Shown here piece after piece: positions 10,452-19,765 of a DNA stretch of 61,138 nucleotides. The notes under the pieces are model-generated. The model searched no databases and had not been told where the DNA came from. It saw only the letters and a list, made by a program, of their open reading frames with translations. The DNA is from Tannerellaceae bacterium (GTDB lineage Bacteria > Bacteroidota > Bacteroidia > Bacteroidales > Tannerellaceae). Every line of letters starts with the position of its first letter. The stretch's first letter is position 1. Made by a program: the position numbers and the translations under genes. The stretch spans positions 1 through 61,138 of the forward strand of contig JAISZY010000025.1 in assembly GCA_031284375.1 (NCBI GenBank), in the 5' to 3' direction.

Positions 10452-11486
10452 TTAAATTAAAGGCATACCGGCTTCCCGGGCTTCTCTGCGCATATCTTCC
10501 GGCCAGATGCTTGCTTGGATTTCGCCGATATGCGCTTTGCGAAGAAAGAACATACATAACCGGCTTTGTCCGATGCCTCCTCCGATACTTTGAGGCAGTT
10601 CTCCGTTCAGCAAGCGTTTGTGGAAGTAGAGTTCTTTCCTGTGTTCCATACCGCAGAGTTTCAATTGCCGGAGCAGAGCTTCTCTATCCACGCGAATCCC
10701 CATCGAAGATAGTTCCAGCGCATGGCCTAATACATCGTCCCACACGAGTAAATCGCCATTGAGACCGTCCCGGTTGCCGGCAGGAGTAGACCAATCGTCG
10801 TAATCGGGCGCCCGGCCGTCGTGTTTTTCGCCGTTGCTCAGCACGCCGCCGATACCTGTAATAAATACGGCGCCGTATGCTTTCGTTATCGCATCTTCCC
10901 GTTCTTTCGGTGTGAAGGAGGGATATTTTTGCAACAAATCTTCGGCATGAATAAATTCGATGCGCTGCGGCAGGAGGGGTTTGATTTCCGGAAACATTTC
11001 GTACACCATGTATTCCGTTCGAATCAAGGCGGCGTATATCCGTTTTACTATCTCTTGGAGGAATTCGATGGTTCGTTCGTTTTCCTTCATGGTGCGTTCC
11101 CAATCCCATTGGTCTACGTACAGCGAGTGGAAATTGCCCAATATCTCGTCGGCCCGTATGGCATTCATATCGGTGTAGATTCCGTATCCTTCCTCTACAT
11201 CGTAATCGGCCAACGTGAGACGTTTCCATTTGGCCAGCGAATGAACAATTTCGGCTTTCGCATCATTCAGGTCTTTCATGGGGAAACTTACGGCGCGTTC
11301 CACTCCGTTCAGGTCGTCGTTGATGCCTGTACCTTGCAGTACAAACAAAGGGGCCGTTACACGTCGTAAACGTAACTCGGAGGAAATGTTTTGCTGGAAA
11401 AAATCTTTAATTTTCTTGATGCCCAACTCTGTTTGAGAAAGGTTCAACAAGGCCCGGTATCCGGCAGGTTTTATTAGATAACTCAT
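10452..11486 (-). CDS. asnA: Aspartate--ammonia ligase
   Basis: HSLAKWKR, HSLYVDQWDWE, RAPDYDDW and GGGIGQSR motifs. Confidence 0.97.
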   Translation of the reverse strand: MSYLIKPAGYRALLNLSQTELGIKKIKDFFQQNISSELRLRRVTAPLFVLQGTGINDDLNGVERAVSFPMKDLNDAKAEIVHSLAKWKRLTLADYDVEEGYGIYTDMNAIRADEILGNFHSLYVDQWDWERTMKENERTIEFLQEIVKRIYAALIRTEYMVYEMFPEIKPLLPQRIEFIHAEDLLQKYPSFTPKEREDAITKAYGAVFITGIGGVLSNGEKHDGRAPDYDDWSTPAGNRDGLNGDLLVWDDVLGHALELSSMGIRVDREALLRQLKLCGMEHRKELYFHKRLLNGELPQSIGGGIGQSRLCMFFLRKAHIGEIQASIWPEDMRREAREAGMPLI

Positions 11487-11525
11487 ACGATCATTATTCT
11501 TTTAAATTTGACGGGCAAACTTAGA

Positions 11526-11839
11526 TAAAATAAAATTATTGCCGCATGTTCTTTCGGGAAATCTTCCCGGCTCCGGGGGATTCCCTCCGCGCTCCGTGGG
11601 ATTCCCTCCGAGCTCCGTGGGATTCCCTCCGCGCTCCGTGGGATTCCCTCCGTGCTCCGTGGGATTCCCTTCTCGCTCGAAGGGATTCCCTTCGCGCTCC
11701 GTGGGATTCCCTTCACGCTCCGTGGGATTCCCTTCACGCTCCGTGGGATTCCCTTCGCGCTCCAAGGGAATCTTTTCCGTCAGTTAAAACGGACGGGAAA
11801 AAGGCAAGCAATGCACAAAACTGTGCCGCGCGCAGTATA
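11526..11839 (+). repeat. Dispersed repeat family A, copy 1, with nine 21-bp tandem units (GGGATTCCCTCCGCGCTCCGT)
   Basis: Tandem units span 11577-11765. Left arm AAAATTATTGCCGCATGTTCTTTCGGGAAATCTTCCCGG and right arm GGGAAAAAGGCAAGCA...CTGTGCCGCGCGCAGTATA recur at 17.7 kb and 42.8 kb. Confidence 0.9.
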
Positions 11840-11902
11840 TAAGCGTGCGATATAAAAGAAATCTGCCGTATTTTTGTAGCATTAAACAATAATCTTTTAT
11901 TT

Positions 11903-14212
11903 ATGAAGAACAAAATGATTTGTACCTTATTACTGGTAAGCTGCGTGACCGTGGGCGCCTCGGCCTGCGAAAAATGTGTGGCGTATGCCGGCTTGCACGA
12001 TGTGCGTTTGCTGGATAGCCCTTTCAAACATGCAATGGAACTGAATGCAGACTGGATGTTGGAATTGGACATGAATCGCTTGTTGTCTGATTTCCGAAAA
12101 AACGCCGGGCTGACTCCCAAAGCGGAATCGTACGACGGATGGGAAAACTCCGGCATCTCCGGTCATACGCTGGGGCATTACCTCACGGCGGCTTCTCAAC
12201 AGTACGCGGCGACGGGCGACGAACGTTTCAAGAACCGGGTAGATTATCTTACGACCGAATTGGATAGTTGTCAGCAATATTTTGTGAACGGCTTTATCGG
12301 CGGAATGCCCGGAGGAGATAAAGTATTTAAAGAAGTGAAGAAAGGCATCATCCGCTCCAAAGGATTCGACCTGAACGGGGTTTGGTCTCCCTGGTACAAT
12401 GTGCACAAAACCATGGTGGGTTTGTATGATGCGCATGTGCTGGCGGGAAACGAAACAGCCCGCAAGGTGTTGATAAACTTGGCGGATTACTTTGCCGATG
12501 TCGTTTCCGGCCTCTCCGACGAGCAGGTGCAACGTATGCTCGATTGCGAGTATGGCGGCATGAACGAAGCGTTTGCCCAAGTCTATGCCCTGACCGGCAA
12601 CAAGAAGTACCTCGACGCCTCGTATGTATTTTATCACAAGAAGGTGCAGGATAAATTGGCCGAAGGCATCGACGCCTTGCAGGGATTACATTCCAATACG
12701 CAGATACCGAAACTTATCGGAAGCGCTCTTCAGTACCGGCTTACCGGCAATGAGCGAGACCGCCGGATTGTGGATTTCTCGTGGAATACCCTCGTGCATC
12801 ACCATTCGTATGCCAACGGCGGAAACAGCATGGGCGAATACCTCTCCGTACCGGACAAGCTAAGCGACCGGCTGGGTACAAATACCTGCGAAACCTGCAA
12901 TACGTACAATATGCTGAAACTAACGCAGTATCTGTATCAGTGGACAAACGACACGAAGTACCTCGACTATTACGAACGCGCCCTGTACAACCACATCTTG
13001 GCTTCGCAACATCCCGAAGACGGAAGAACTTGCTATTTCGTGTCGCTGGGCATGGGAACAAAAAAGAACTTCTACGGCAAAACCAACAACTTTACCTGCT
13101 GTATGGGGTCCGGATTTGAGAATCATTCCAAATACGGAGGCGCTATTTATGCCTACGGAGCAGACGGGAAGTCGGTGTACGTAAACTTGTATATCCCCTC
13201 CGTGCTGACGTGGAAAAAGAAAGGCATCACCCTGAAAATGGAAACCGATTATCCCGAAAACGGAATCATAAACCTGCTCTTGCAAGATTGCCCCAAGGGA
13301 GAAGAAGCCGACATCTGTCTGCGTTATCCCGCCTGGGCCACGTCCGGCGTGACGCTAAAGGTGAACGGCGCTCTACAAAAGGTTGCGGACAAGCCGGGGT
13401 CTTTTATCTCCATCAGCCGGAAATGGAAGAAGGGCGATAAGATAGAGATTCGGTTCCCGCTGTCGCTCTATACGGTTGCCATGCCGGATAATGCGGATAG
13501 ACGCGCCGTCTTTTACGGACCAACGCTTCTGGCCGGCGTATTCGGAACGGAAGAACGCAAGCAGGGGGATATACCGGTCTTTGTATCGGAAGAAAAAAGT
13601 ATAACCAACTATGTGAAGCCGCTCGCCGGGCAACCGCTGGCCTTTGCAGCGTATTTCCCCAACATGGCCGACAAGGCGTCGATGATGCCGTTCTACAAGG
13701 TCTACGACCAATATCAAACCGTATACTGGGATGTGTATTCGCCCGCCGAATGGGCTACGGCCGAAAATAAACGCAAAGCGGAAGTGGAACGACTGGCTGC
13801 CTTAGACAAAAAAACGCTTGATTATATTGTGCTGGGTGAAATGCAACCGGAACGCGACCATAGCCTCGACGGCAACAATACCCGTACCGGCGAAGGATAC
13901 CTGCGCAAATACCGCATGGCCTACGAAGAGGGTTGGTTTGCCTTCGATATGCAATGCAACGACGCTAACCCTACCCAACTGATTCTTACGTATTACGGCG
14001 GCGATGCAAAGAAGTATTCTTTCGACGTGGCGATAGATAATCAATGGAACAAGCAAGTGCATCTAACCGAGCTGAGAGACGGCTTCGTAGAGTTGGCCTT
14101 GGATATCCCGAACGAAATAACGGCCGGCAAAGAGAAAATCCGGATTACGTTTCGGGCAGATGCCAATACGCGCGTATCGAATATCTACAATTGCCGGCTG
14201 ATAAAGAAATAG
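11903..14212 (+). CDS. Glycoside hydrolase family 127/146 (beta-L-arabinofuranosidase-like)
   Basis: GHTLGHYL, EYGGMNE, HSNTQIPK, ETCNTYNMLKL, YERALYNHIL and TCCMGSG motifs; signal peptide. Confidence 0.92.
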   Translation: MKNKMICTLLLVSCVTVGASACEKCVAYAGLHDVRLLDSPFKHAMELNADWMLELDMNRLLSDFRKNAGLTPKAESYDGWENSGISGHTLGHYLTAASQQYAATGDERFKNRVDYLTTELDSCQQYFVNGFIGGMPGGDKVFKEVKKGIIRSKGFDLNGVWSPWYNVHKTMVGLYDAHVLAGNETARKVLINLADYFADVVSGLSDEQVQRMLDCEYGGMNEAFAQVYALTGNKKYLDASYVFYHKKVQDKLAEGIDALQGLHSNTQIPKLIGSALQYRLTGNERDRRIVDFSWNTLVHHHSYANGGNSMGEYLSVPDKLSDRLGTNTCETCNTYNMLKLTQYLYQWTNDTKYLDYYERALYNHILASQHPEDGRTCYFVSLGMGTKKNFYGKTNNFTCCMGSGFENHSKYGGAIYAYGADGKSVYVNLYIPSVLTWKKKGITLKMETDYPENGIINLLLQDCPKGEEADICLRYPAWATSGVTLKVNGALQKVADKPGSFISISRKWKKGDKIEIRFPLSLYTVAMPDNADRRAVFYGPTLLAGVFGTEERKQGDIPVFVSEEKSITNYVKPLAGQPLAFAAYFPNMADKASMMPFYKVYDQYQTVYWDVYSPAEWATAENKRKAEVERLAALDKKTLDYIVLGEMQPERDHSLDGNNTRTGEGYLRKYRMAYEEGWFAFDMQCNDANPTQLILTYYGGDAKKYSFDVAIDNQWNKQVHLTELRDGFVELALDIPNEITAGKEKIRITFRADANTRVSNIYNCRLIKK

Positions 14213-14216
14213 CGCC

Positions 14217-14873
14217 TTAGAGCCGGAAACCGATGCGAAGACCCAGCGTGAGGGTGATACCCCGATAACTAAGACTGTTCAGGTAGTTGTCGGGGTATGC
14301 TTTGTGCGCGTCGTAAAACGAAAACACCCGACCCACGCCCGCATAGCCGTCAATAAGAAAGCGACGGCCGGGACGGTTCTGCACTCCAACGAATACGTTC
14401 GTACCGAATCGTGCAAAGTTCGACGACTCTTTTACCTCCTCCCATTGCGGTTCGTAATACGTAAGTGCGTTTTCCTGATAAGAAAGAAAGGTATGCCGCC
14501 ACTCGTTGTACTGCACCGAGTAATGGGCGGCCGACAATCCGCCGGAAACGTACAATATCTTTCCGAAGGGGAAGTATTTGTAATTCGTCTCCAGCCCCAC
14601 GCCCCAGGCGTGGCGGATATCCCGGTCCAGCCACTGCATCCAGAGACTGTTGTCGTCTCCTACGTAATAGCCGATGGCGCTTACCTGCAACCAGTGACGA
14701 GGGTTTTTCAACTGCCTTTCGTAGTCTATCCTCATGCCGTTGTTCAGCCAGTAGAGCGGTTGGATGGCCAAGGTGTTTCGGAATGTGCGGGGATGCTCCT
14801 GCGCTTCTACGTTGGGGAAAGACGTTGCGAGGCAGGCGAGCGTAAGGAGGGCTATGATTCCTGTTGTTTTCAT
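14217..14873 (-). CDS. Outer-membrane beta-barrel protein (DUF3575-like)
   Basis: Signal peptide, amphipathic strands, terminal GLRIGFRL. Confidence 0.6.
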   Translation of the reverse strand: MKTTGIIALLTLACLATSFPNVEAQEHPRTFRNTLAIQPLYWLNNGMRIDYERQLKNPRHWLQVSAIGYYVGDDNSLWMQWLDRDIRHAWGVGLETNYKYFPFGKILYVSGGLSAAHYSVQYNEWRHTFLSYQENALTYYEPQWEEVKESSNFARFGTNVFVGVQNRPGRRFLIDGYAGVGRVFSFYDAHKAYPDNYLNSLSYRGITLTLGLRIGFRL

Positions 14874-14879
14874 GTGGGA

Positions 14880-15659
14880 TTATTCTTTGGGAGATACATG
14901 TATTTTACTTACAAAGCGGAGTTCGCCGCCGGTGTAATCAAACTGATACAATCCGTTGTCGGCTATCAGGAGCAGGAGGCCGTTCAGGGGGATTACGTCG
15001 TACGATTCCGCTCCGGCGGTTTCGGGTATACCGGCTATGTCGTCTATGCGGACAGGAGCGGCGGGATTGGTTACGTCGTACACCTTTAGTCCGTCGTCGC
15101 ATACAAAGAGTTTATTGCCGTCGATGCCCAGCCCTTTGGGATGTTTGAAGGCGGTTTCTACATGTATCAGGCGGGGATTGCGGATGTCGGACAGTTCGTA
15201 TACATGCAGCTCGTTTGTTGAGCGTCCGCACCATACGTTGGCCGAATTGAGCGTTACGTAGGCGTACATGCCGGATGCCGTCACCGGGTCGCAGGCCGTG
15301 ATATGCGAAACATACGCCAACGGCTGAGGGTATTCCGGCTGCGCGATGTTGTAAACGTACATGCCGGATTGCGAACCCATAAAGAGGAGGGTATCCATCG
15401 GAAAGATGGTTTCGACGCCGAAGTGCAGGAATTGCGTGTTGCCTTTTAAGAGTTCCGGCGCTTCGGGGCTGGAGACGTCAAACGTTTTCAGCGTAGACGG
15501 ATCTACGGTATAGAGATAATCGCCCGCAATGGCGAAGCGCGCCATCGAACCGCCTTGCGCGAGGCCTGCCTCGGCTGCTGTGCCGCTATCGGAAGAAGTG
15601 GTATAAATTTCGCATCCGCCCAGCAAAACGAGTAGGGGGTATAGTATGTATCGTTTCAT
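14880..15659 (-). CDS. LVIVD-repeat beta-propeller lipoprotein
   Basis: Lipobox LLGGC; GGSMARF, YLYTVD, VETIFP and CDPV..YAYVTL motifs. Start MKRYIL at 15659. Confidence 0.8.
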   Translation of the reverse strand: MKRYILYPLLVLLGGCEIYTTSSDSGTAAEAGLAQGGSMARFAIAGDYLYTVDPSTLKTFDVSSPEAPELLKGNTQFLHFGVETIFPMDTLLFMGSQSGMYVYNIAQPEYPQPLAYVSHITACDPVTASGMYAYVTLNSANVWCGRSTNELHVYELSDIRNPRLIHVETAFKHPKGLGIDGNKLFVCDDGLKVYDVTNPAAPVRIDDIAGIPETAGAESYDVIPLNGLLLLIADNGLYQFDYTGGELRFVSKIHVSPKE

Positions 15660-15670
15660 GTGTACGGTGA

Positions 15671-16171
15671 TTAACGATTCGTTTTTTTCCATTCTACAAT
15701 AATCATATCGTTTTCGCGGGCGCCGTAGTAGTAGGAATTATCGGGCGCCGGCGGTTCGGGAAAGACGTTGGTCAGTCGCCGGGTTACGGTATGGTTTGTC
15801 AAGTGGAAGGCCACCAGGTCTACCGAATTATCCAAGTAGAGGATATCGCCTTTCACGGCCATGTCGATACATCCCGGGGCGGAGATGAATGCTTCCTTCA
15901 GGGGATGAGCCGGGTCGGCGTTGTGGATGATATGCACCCCTTTGTATCGTTCGTTGATAAAGATATAAGGCGGCTTGGCGTATATCTTTCCGGGATTTAT
16001 CAGGGCGTGTTCGCCGGGGTGGTAGGTTACGGATTTTTCCAGGTCGGCGCGTTTCATCATCACCGGCGTGTAGTCTCCTCCGTAGAGGGGGATTGTTTCA
16101 ACGTAGTTTGCCGAAGTCAGGTTGAGAAGGGCAAACAGTAGCAGGCCTACGGTTAAAAAAAGATTTTTCAT
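15671..16171 (-). CDS. Secreted protein resembling the N-terminal half of LVIVD-repeat proteins
   Basis: Signal peptide; YTPV, NPGKIY, INERYKGVHII and CIDMAVKGDILYLDN motifs. Confidence 0.7.
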   Translation of the reverse strand: MKNLFLTVGLLLFALLNLTSANYVETIPLYGGDYTPVMMKRADLEKSVTYHPGEHALINPGKIYAKPPYIFINERYKGVHIIHNADPAHPLKEAFISAPGCIDMAVKGDILYLDNSVDLVAFHLTNHTVTRRLTNVFPEPPAPDNSYYYGARENDMIIVEWKKTNR

Positions 16172-16318
16172 ACGTGTGTATTTTTAATTGTTCACATGAT
16201 AATAGATGACGGCCGGCGCTGCTTCGCTGCATCGCTATTCCATCCGCATCCGCAGAGGAGGGATAGGCCGGCGCGCTCATTTGAATCGGATTCAACGTCA
16301 TGTGGGCAACATTACGTT

Positions 16319-17653
16319 CTACGGATATACCGGGAATCTTGTGTTCCATATCTCTTTGATGGTTTCTTCCTGCGAATACCCCACGGGGCAAGCTACGCTG
16401 CGGGTATTGGCGAAATAGGAGCGGAAGGACTGTTCGCCCAAAGGCCCGGATATCATGCGTATGAGGCACATTTGGAGATGACCGTTGGGGTCGGTTTCCC
16501 GGAGCCAGTCAACAGCATACCACAGCCATTGGTTGCGATAGGTTTCGTTCTGCATGGCAAACCAGGTAATGTCGTCGTATCCCCAACAGAAATGGTCGTT
16601 CGGATTGGCTACGCCCGGCTCCCGGCTGATGCCAAAGTTGTCGAACTCCACCAAGTAGGGCATACTTTCGGCCTTCCATCCGCTTGGAGAAACGGCTCCC
16701 CGGCTTTTCCGGTAAATCCCGTCGTTGTGTCCTACTTCCAATATGCCTTCCATCGGTTTGTCTTCCACCTCCCGTATGCGTAGAGGAAAGGAATTGAAGT
16801 CCAACAGGCTGACGCCGTCTTTTATAAATCCACCTTTGGGGGTATGTCCATCCAGAAGGATGTAATGCCGGCGGGCATGCGTCTTGGCGTAATCGCGTAT
16901 TTTCTGCAGAAAAGCGGCATATTGGCTCTTGTCGGGGTCGTCTTTTCCGATAAGTTCTACCTGACCCAGATGAAACGCTTCGCACCCAATGTCTATATAA
17001 GATTTGGCAAGGAAATAAAACCAGAGCTGAGTTTCGAGGTTGTTTATCATCGGCGTACCGCCCCGGGCGCTACGCATGAGAATTTCGCTGCTGGAATCAA
17101 CCCGTTTTATCATATCTTCTACGCGAAAGTTGCGGTCTTCTACCGGCAGGTTGAACGCTTGGAAAACCCATGCGGGAATTTTCAGGTTGTTTACATCTCC
17201 GCTCACATGTTCGAAAAGGCATCCCTGGAAAATGATTTCCGGGTCATACGCATGCATCCGTTCTATCAACCTCTTTGCGTAATCGAGAAAAGCCGGCTCG
17301 CCCAATTGGCTTTCCTCGCTCCAGCGATACATGGCGCGGCCGATAAACTTGGCCCCTATGTTTTGAATCATACGTATATCGTCTTCCCGGTAGGGGAACA
17401 GATAGTTCTCCGGATTGCCGGGAACAAGAAAATAGCCCGCCGTAACCGAACGGTTTAAATAATTTTCCAATACCTGGCGCGAGATAGAGCCATCGAAATA
17501 AAAGTTCGCGTTTTCCGAGAGTTCCTGCCGCTCCGTATTTTTTTCGCGTATCGCGGCCGGTTCTTTCGCGGCATAGCCGGCGGGAAACAGAAAGAGTATC
17601 ATCCCGCAGGTGGAGATGAATTTCCTCTGCATTTTAAAAAGCATCTTCGTCAT
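16319..17653 (-). CDS. Secreted hypothetical protein (possible TIM-barrel hydrolase)
   Basis: 444 aa with signal peptide; GAKFIGRA, GCEAFHLGQ, LVEFDN and WGYDDITWF motif-like segments. Confidence 0.7.
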   Translation of the reverse strand: MTKMLFKMQRKFISTCGMILFLFPAGYAAKEPAAIREKNTERQELSENANFYFDGSISRQVLENYLNRSVTAGYFLVPGNPENYLFPYREDDIRMIQNIGAKFIGRAMYRWSEESQLGEPAFLDYAKRLIERMHAYDPEIIFQGCLFEHVSGDVNNLKIPAWVFQAFNLPVEDRNFRVEDMIKRVDSSSEILMRSARGGTPMINNLETQLWFYFLAKSYIDIGCEAFHLGQVELIGKDDPDKSQYAAFLQKIRDYAKTHARRHYILLDGHTPKGGFIKDGVSLLDFNSFPLRIREVEDKPMEGILEVGHNDGIYRKSRGAVSPSGWKAESMPYLVEFDNFGISREPGVANPNDHFCWGYDDITWFAMQNETYRNQWLWYAVDWLRETDPNGHLQMCLIRMISGPLGEQSFRSYFANTRSVACPVGYSQEETIKEIWNTRFPVYP

Positions 17654-17675
17654 ACCATTAGATTATTAAGTGATT

Positions 17676-17916
17676 TATACTGCACGCAGTATAAAAATTA
17701 AAATTATTGCCGCATGTTCTTTCGGGAAATCTTCCCGGCTCCGGGGGATTCCCTCCGAGCTTCCGGGGGATTCCCTCCGAGCTTCCGGGGCATTCCCCCG
17801 AGCTTCCGGGGCATTCCCTCGAGCTTCCGGGGAAGCCCAATTCTACCTGATTGCCGTCAGTTTTAACGGACGGGAAAAAGGCAAGCAATGCACAAATCTG
17901 TGCCGCGCGCAGTATA
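17676..17916 (+). repeat. Dispersed repeat family A, copy 2 (about four 21-22-bp units), bounded by TATACTGC...GCAGTATA
   Basis: Same left and right arms as 11526-11839; begins with the palindrome TATACTGCACGCAGTATA. Confidence 0.9.
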
Positions 17917-18041
17917 TATGCCGGAAGGAAAAAAATCCGTTTTCTCTACAATATTTTTCATTCTCATCTGTCGGCATACATAGAGGATCTCTTTAGGGAT
18001 TCCCTTAGATATTATTAGGCGTAAAATAAAATAGTAGGGTA

Positions 18042-18323
18042 ATGAAAGTAGAATATATTATTGTAGGAATTGTGCTTCTGTTGTGGATTTTGGGCGACAT
18101 GTACCGCAGACATAAAAACAGGAATAAAGTGATTTGTGTTGTGGAACGTAATTGTACCGGGTGCGGGCGTTGTGTAAAAAGATGTACCCGCCACGTATTG
18201 GAAAAGGTAAAAGATGAAACGGGAATACACCTCGCCGTAAAATATCCCGACAAGTGTACCGCTTGTGGAGACTGTATAGGCAAATGTAAATTCGAGGCAT
18301 TGAAATTAACAGAACGGAAATGA
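18042..18323 (+). CDS. Membrane-anchored 2x[4Fe-4S] ferredoxin
   Basis: N-terminal TM helix; CTGCGRCVKRC and CTACGDCIGKC motifs. Confidence 0.85.
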   Translation: MKVEYIIVGIVLLLWILGDMYRRHKNRNKVICVVERNCTGCGRCVKRCTRHVLEKVKDETGIHLAVKYPDKCTACGDCIGKCKFEALKLTERK

Positions 18324-18606
18324 AGACGCTTCCTGTAAATATATGTATGGAATGTTTCTCCACCAGAGGTCATTTTTGCTGCAATGTACGCAGACTGTTT
18401 TATCAGTTGCATATCCCTCCGCAAGAACAGATTATATTGTGGAATATGGCAATTAAAAAGATGAATTGCGAAAGTATCCAAAGGATATTGGTATTTTTAC
18501 TGCAAAGAGAATCGGACGTAAGGACAATGCGGCAATCTGAACTTAGCCAATGAATGTTTGAATGGAATAAATCAAAAACAGTTATATAAATTAAAATGAA
18601 ATCGTT

Positions 18607-18945
18607 ATGAATAGATGTGTTCATATTTTGTGGCACGTATTGCTGGGAGTGGCAATCGTTGCCGGAGTTGGCGGTATCGTCATGTTCTTGTGGAATGGGG
18701 TGGTGCGCGTTATTTTCGGGGTAGCAGCCATTAGCTTTTGGCAGGCGCTGGGAATACTTGTGTTGTGCCGTATTTTGTTCGGCAGTTTCGGACACGGACG
18801 ATGGTTGGGAGGCGGCGCTTTTCACAAAAATCCCATCCGTGCAAAGTGGGAGCAAATGACGCCCGAAGAACGGAAGGATTTTATCGGCCGCCATCATCAT
18901 CATTATCACCATCCTGTACACGAAGAACCCGAAAAGAAAGATTGA
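18607..18945 (+). CDS. Small membrane protein with His-rich tail, coupled to ECF sigma factor
   Basis: MFLWN..ISFWQALG..L.RILFG and W..MTPEERK motifs; 1 bp from the sigma gene. Confidence 0.75.
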   Translation: MNRCVHILWHVLLGVAIVAGVGGIVMFLWNGVVRVIFGVAAISFWQALGILVLCRILFGSFGHGRWLGGGAFHKNPIRAKWEQMTPEERKDFIGRHHHHYHHPVHEEPEKKD

Positions 18946-18946
18946 C

Positions 18947-19516
18947 GTGGCGAGAGTAAACCGGGAGAACCTCGAAAAACTGATTGCAACCTATCAACCG
19001 CAATTGAAATCCTTTATCCTCAAACGGGTGAATAATAAGGAAGATGCGGAAGATATTCTGCAAGACGTTTTTTATCAGTTGATAAAAACGGTCGATACTG
19101 CCATGAACCCGATAGAACAGGCAACAGCCTGGCTCTATCGGGCTACGCGGAACAGGATTATCAATCACGGCGTCAAAAAGCGCGAGGAAGCCCTGCCGGT
19201 CTATCCGTATGATGCATCGGAGGAGGATATGCTGAATGATTTTTCGGAAGTCTTGTTCAGAGAAGAGACATCGCCGTCGCCCGAAACGGAATACCTGCGG
19301 TCGTTGGTTTGGACGGAGTTGGAAAACGCCCTTGCGGAACTTTCGCCCGCACAACGCGAGATATTCGAACTAACGGAATTAGACGGTATCCCACTGAAAG
19401 AAATCGCCCAAACAACAGGAGTTGCCGTCAATACCTTGTTATCTCGAAAGCATTATGCGGTATTGCATCTGCGCAATCGGTTGGCCGTATTGTACGACGA
19501 GTTGAATATACCATAA
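18947..19516 (+). CDS. ECF-type RNA polymerase sigma factor
   Basis: DAEDILQDVF, WLYR..RN and region 4 KEIA..TGVAVNTLLSRKHYA; GTG start. Confidence 0.9.
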   Translation: MARVNRENLEKLIATYQPQLKSFILKRVNNKEDAEDILQDVFYQLIKTVDTAMNPIEQATAWLYRATRNRIINHGVKKREEALPVYPYDASEEDMLNDFSEVLFREETSPSPETEYLRSLVWTELENALAELSPAQREIFELTELDGIPLKEIAQTTGVAVNTLLSRKHYAVLHLRNRLAVLYDELNIP

Positions 19517-19574
19517 ATAAGGTATTGTGGCCACTTCCTGTTCCCCCTTACCTTTACGCAAAAATTAAAAGGAT

Positions 19575-19655
19575 ATGAATTTATATAGTTTATATGTGTG
19601 TATGTGCATGATGTGTCACTGCCGGAATCGGACAGCGAAAGATTCATGTACCTGA
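19575..19655 (+). CDS. Putative Cys/Met-rich attenuator leader peptide, 26 aa (MNLYSLYVCMCMMCHCRNRTAKDSCT)
   Basis: Hand-translated from ATG 19575 to TGA 19653-19655. Seven of codons 9-16 are Cys or Met. A-rich initiation region, and a near-consensus promoter motif TACCTTTA at 19549-19556. Confidence 0.75.
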   Translation: MNLYSLYVCMCMMCHCRNRTAKDSCT

Positions 19656-19681
19656 AAAAGATAAGTGAAGGTTAATCTACA

Positions 19682-19721
19682 AAAGGCTGTCCGAGAAAAA
19701 AACGGACGGCCTTTGTTGTTT
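19682..19721 (+). terminator. Intrinsic terminator (attenuator) upstream of the operon
   Basis: Stem AAAGGCTGTCCG (19682-19693) / CGGACGGCCTTT (19703-19714) followed by GTTGTTT. The 5' arm can alternatively pair with TCGGACAGC (19628-19636). Confidence 0.75.
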
Positions 19722-19765
19722 GATGAGTGATGAGAAATTATTAAAATTTTAAATGATATAAATGT

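Noticed and set aside
10429-10557. N-terminal extension of Ung
   Set aside because: It overlaps asnA; the family-typical start is at 10428.
11483-11855. Several ORFs with 7-aa repeats (EGIPRSA etc.)
   Set aside because: Translations of the 21-bp DNA repeat, open in many frames on both strands.
18320-18553. 77-aa Cys-containing ORF overlapping the ferredoxin stop (ATGA)
   Set aside because: No recognisable motif; possibly real but unsupported.
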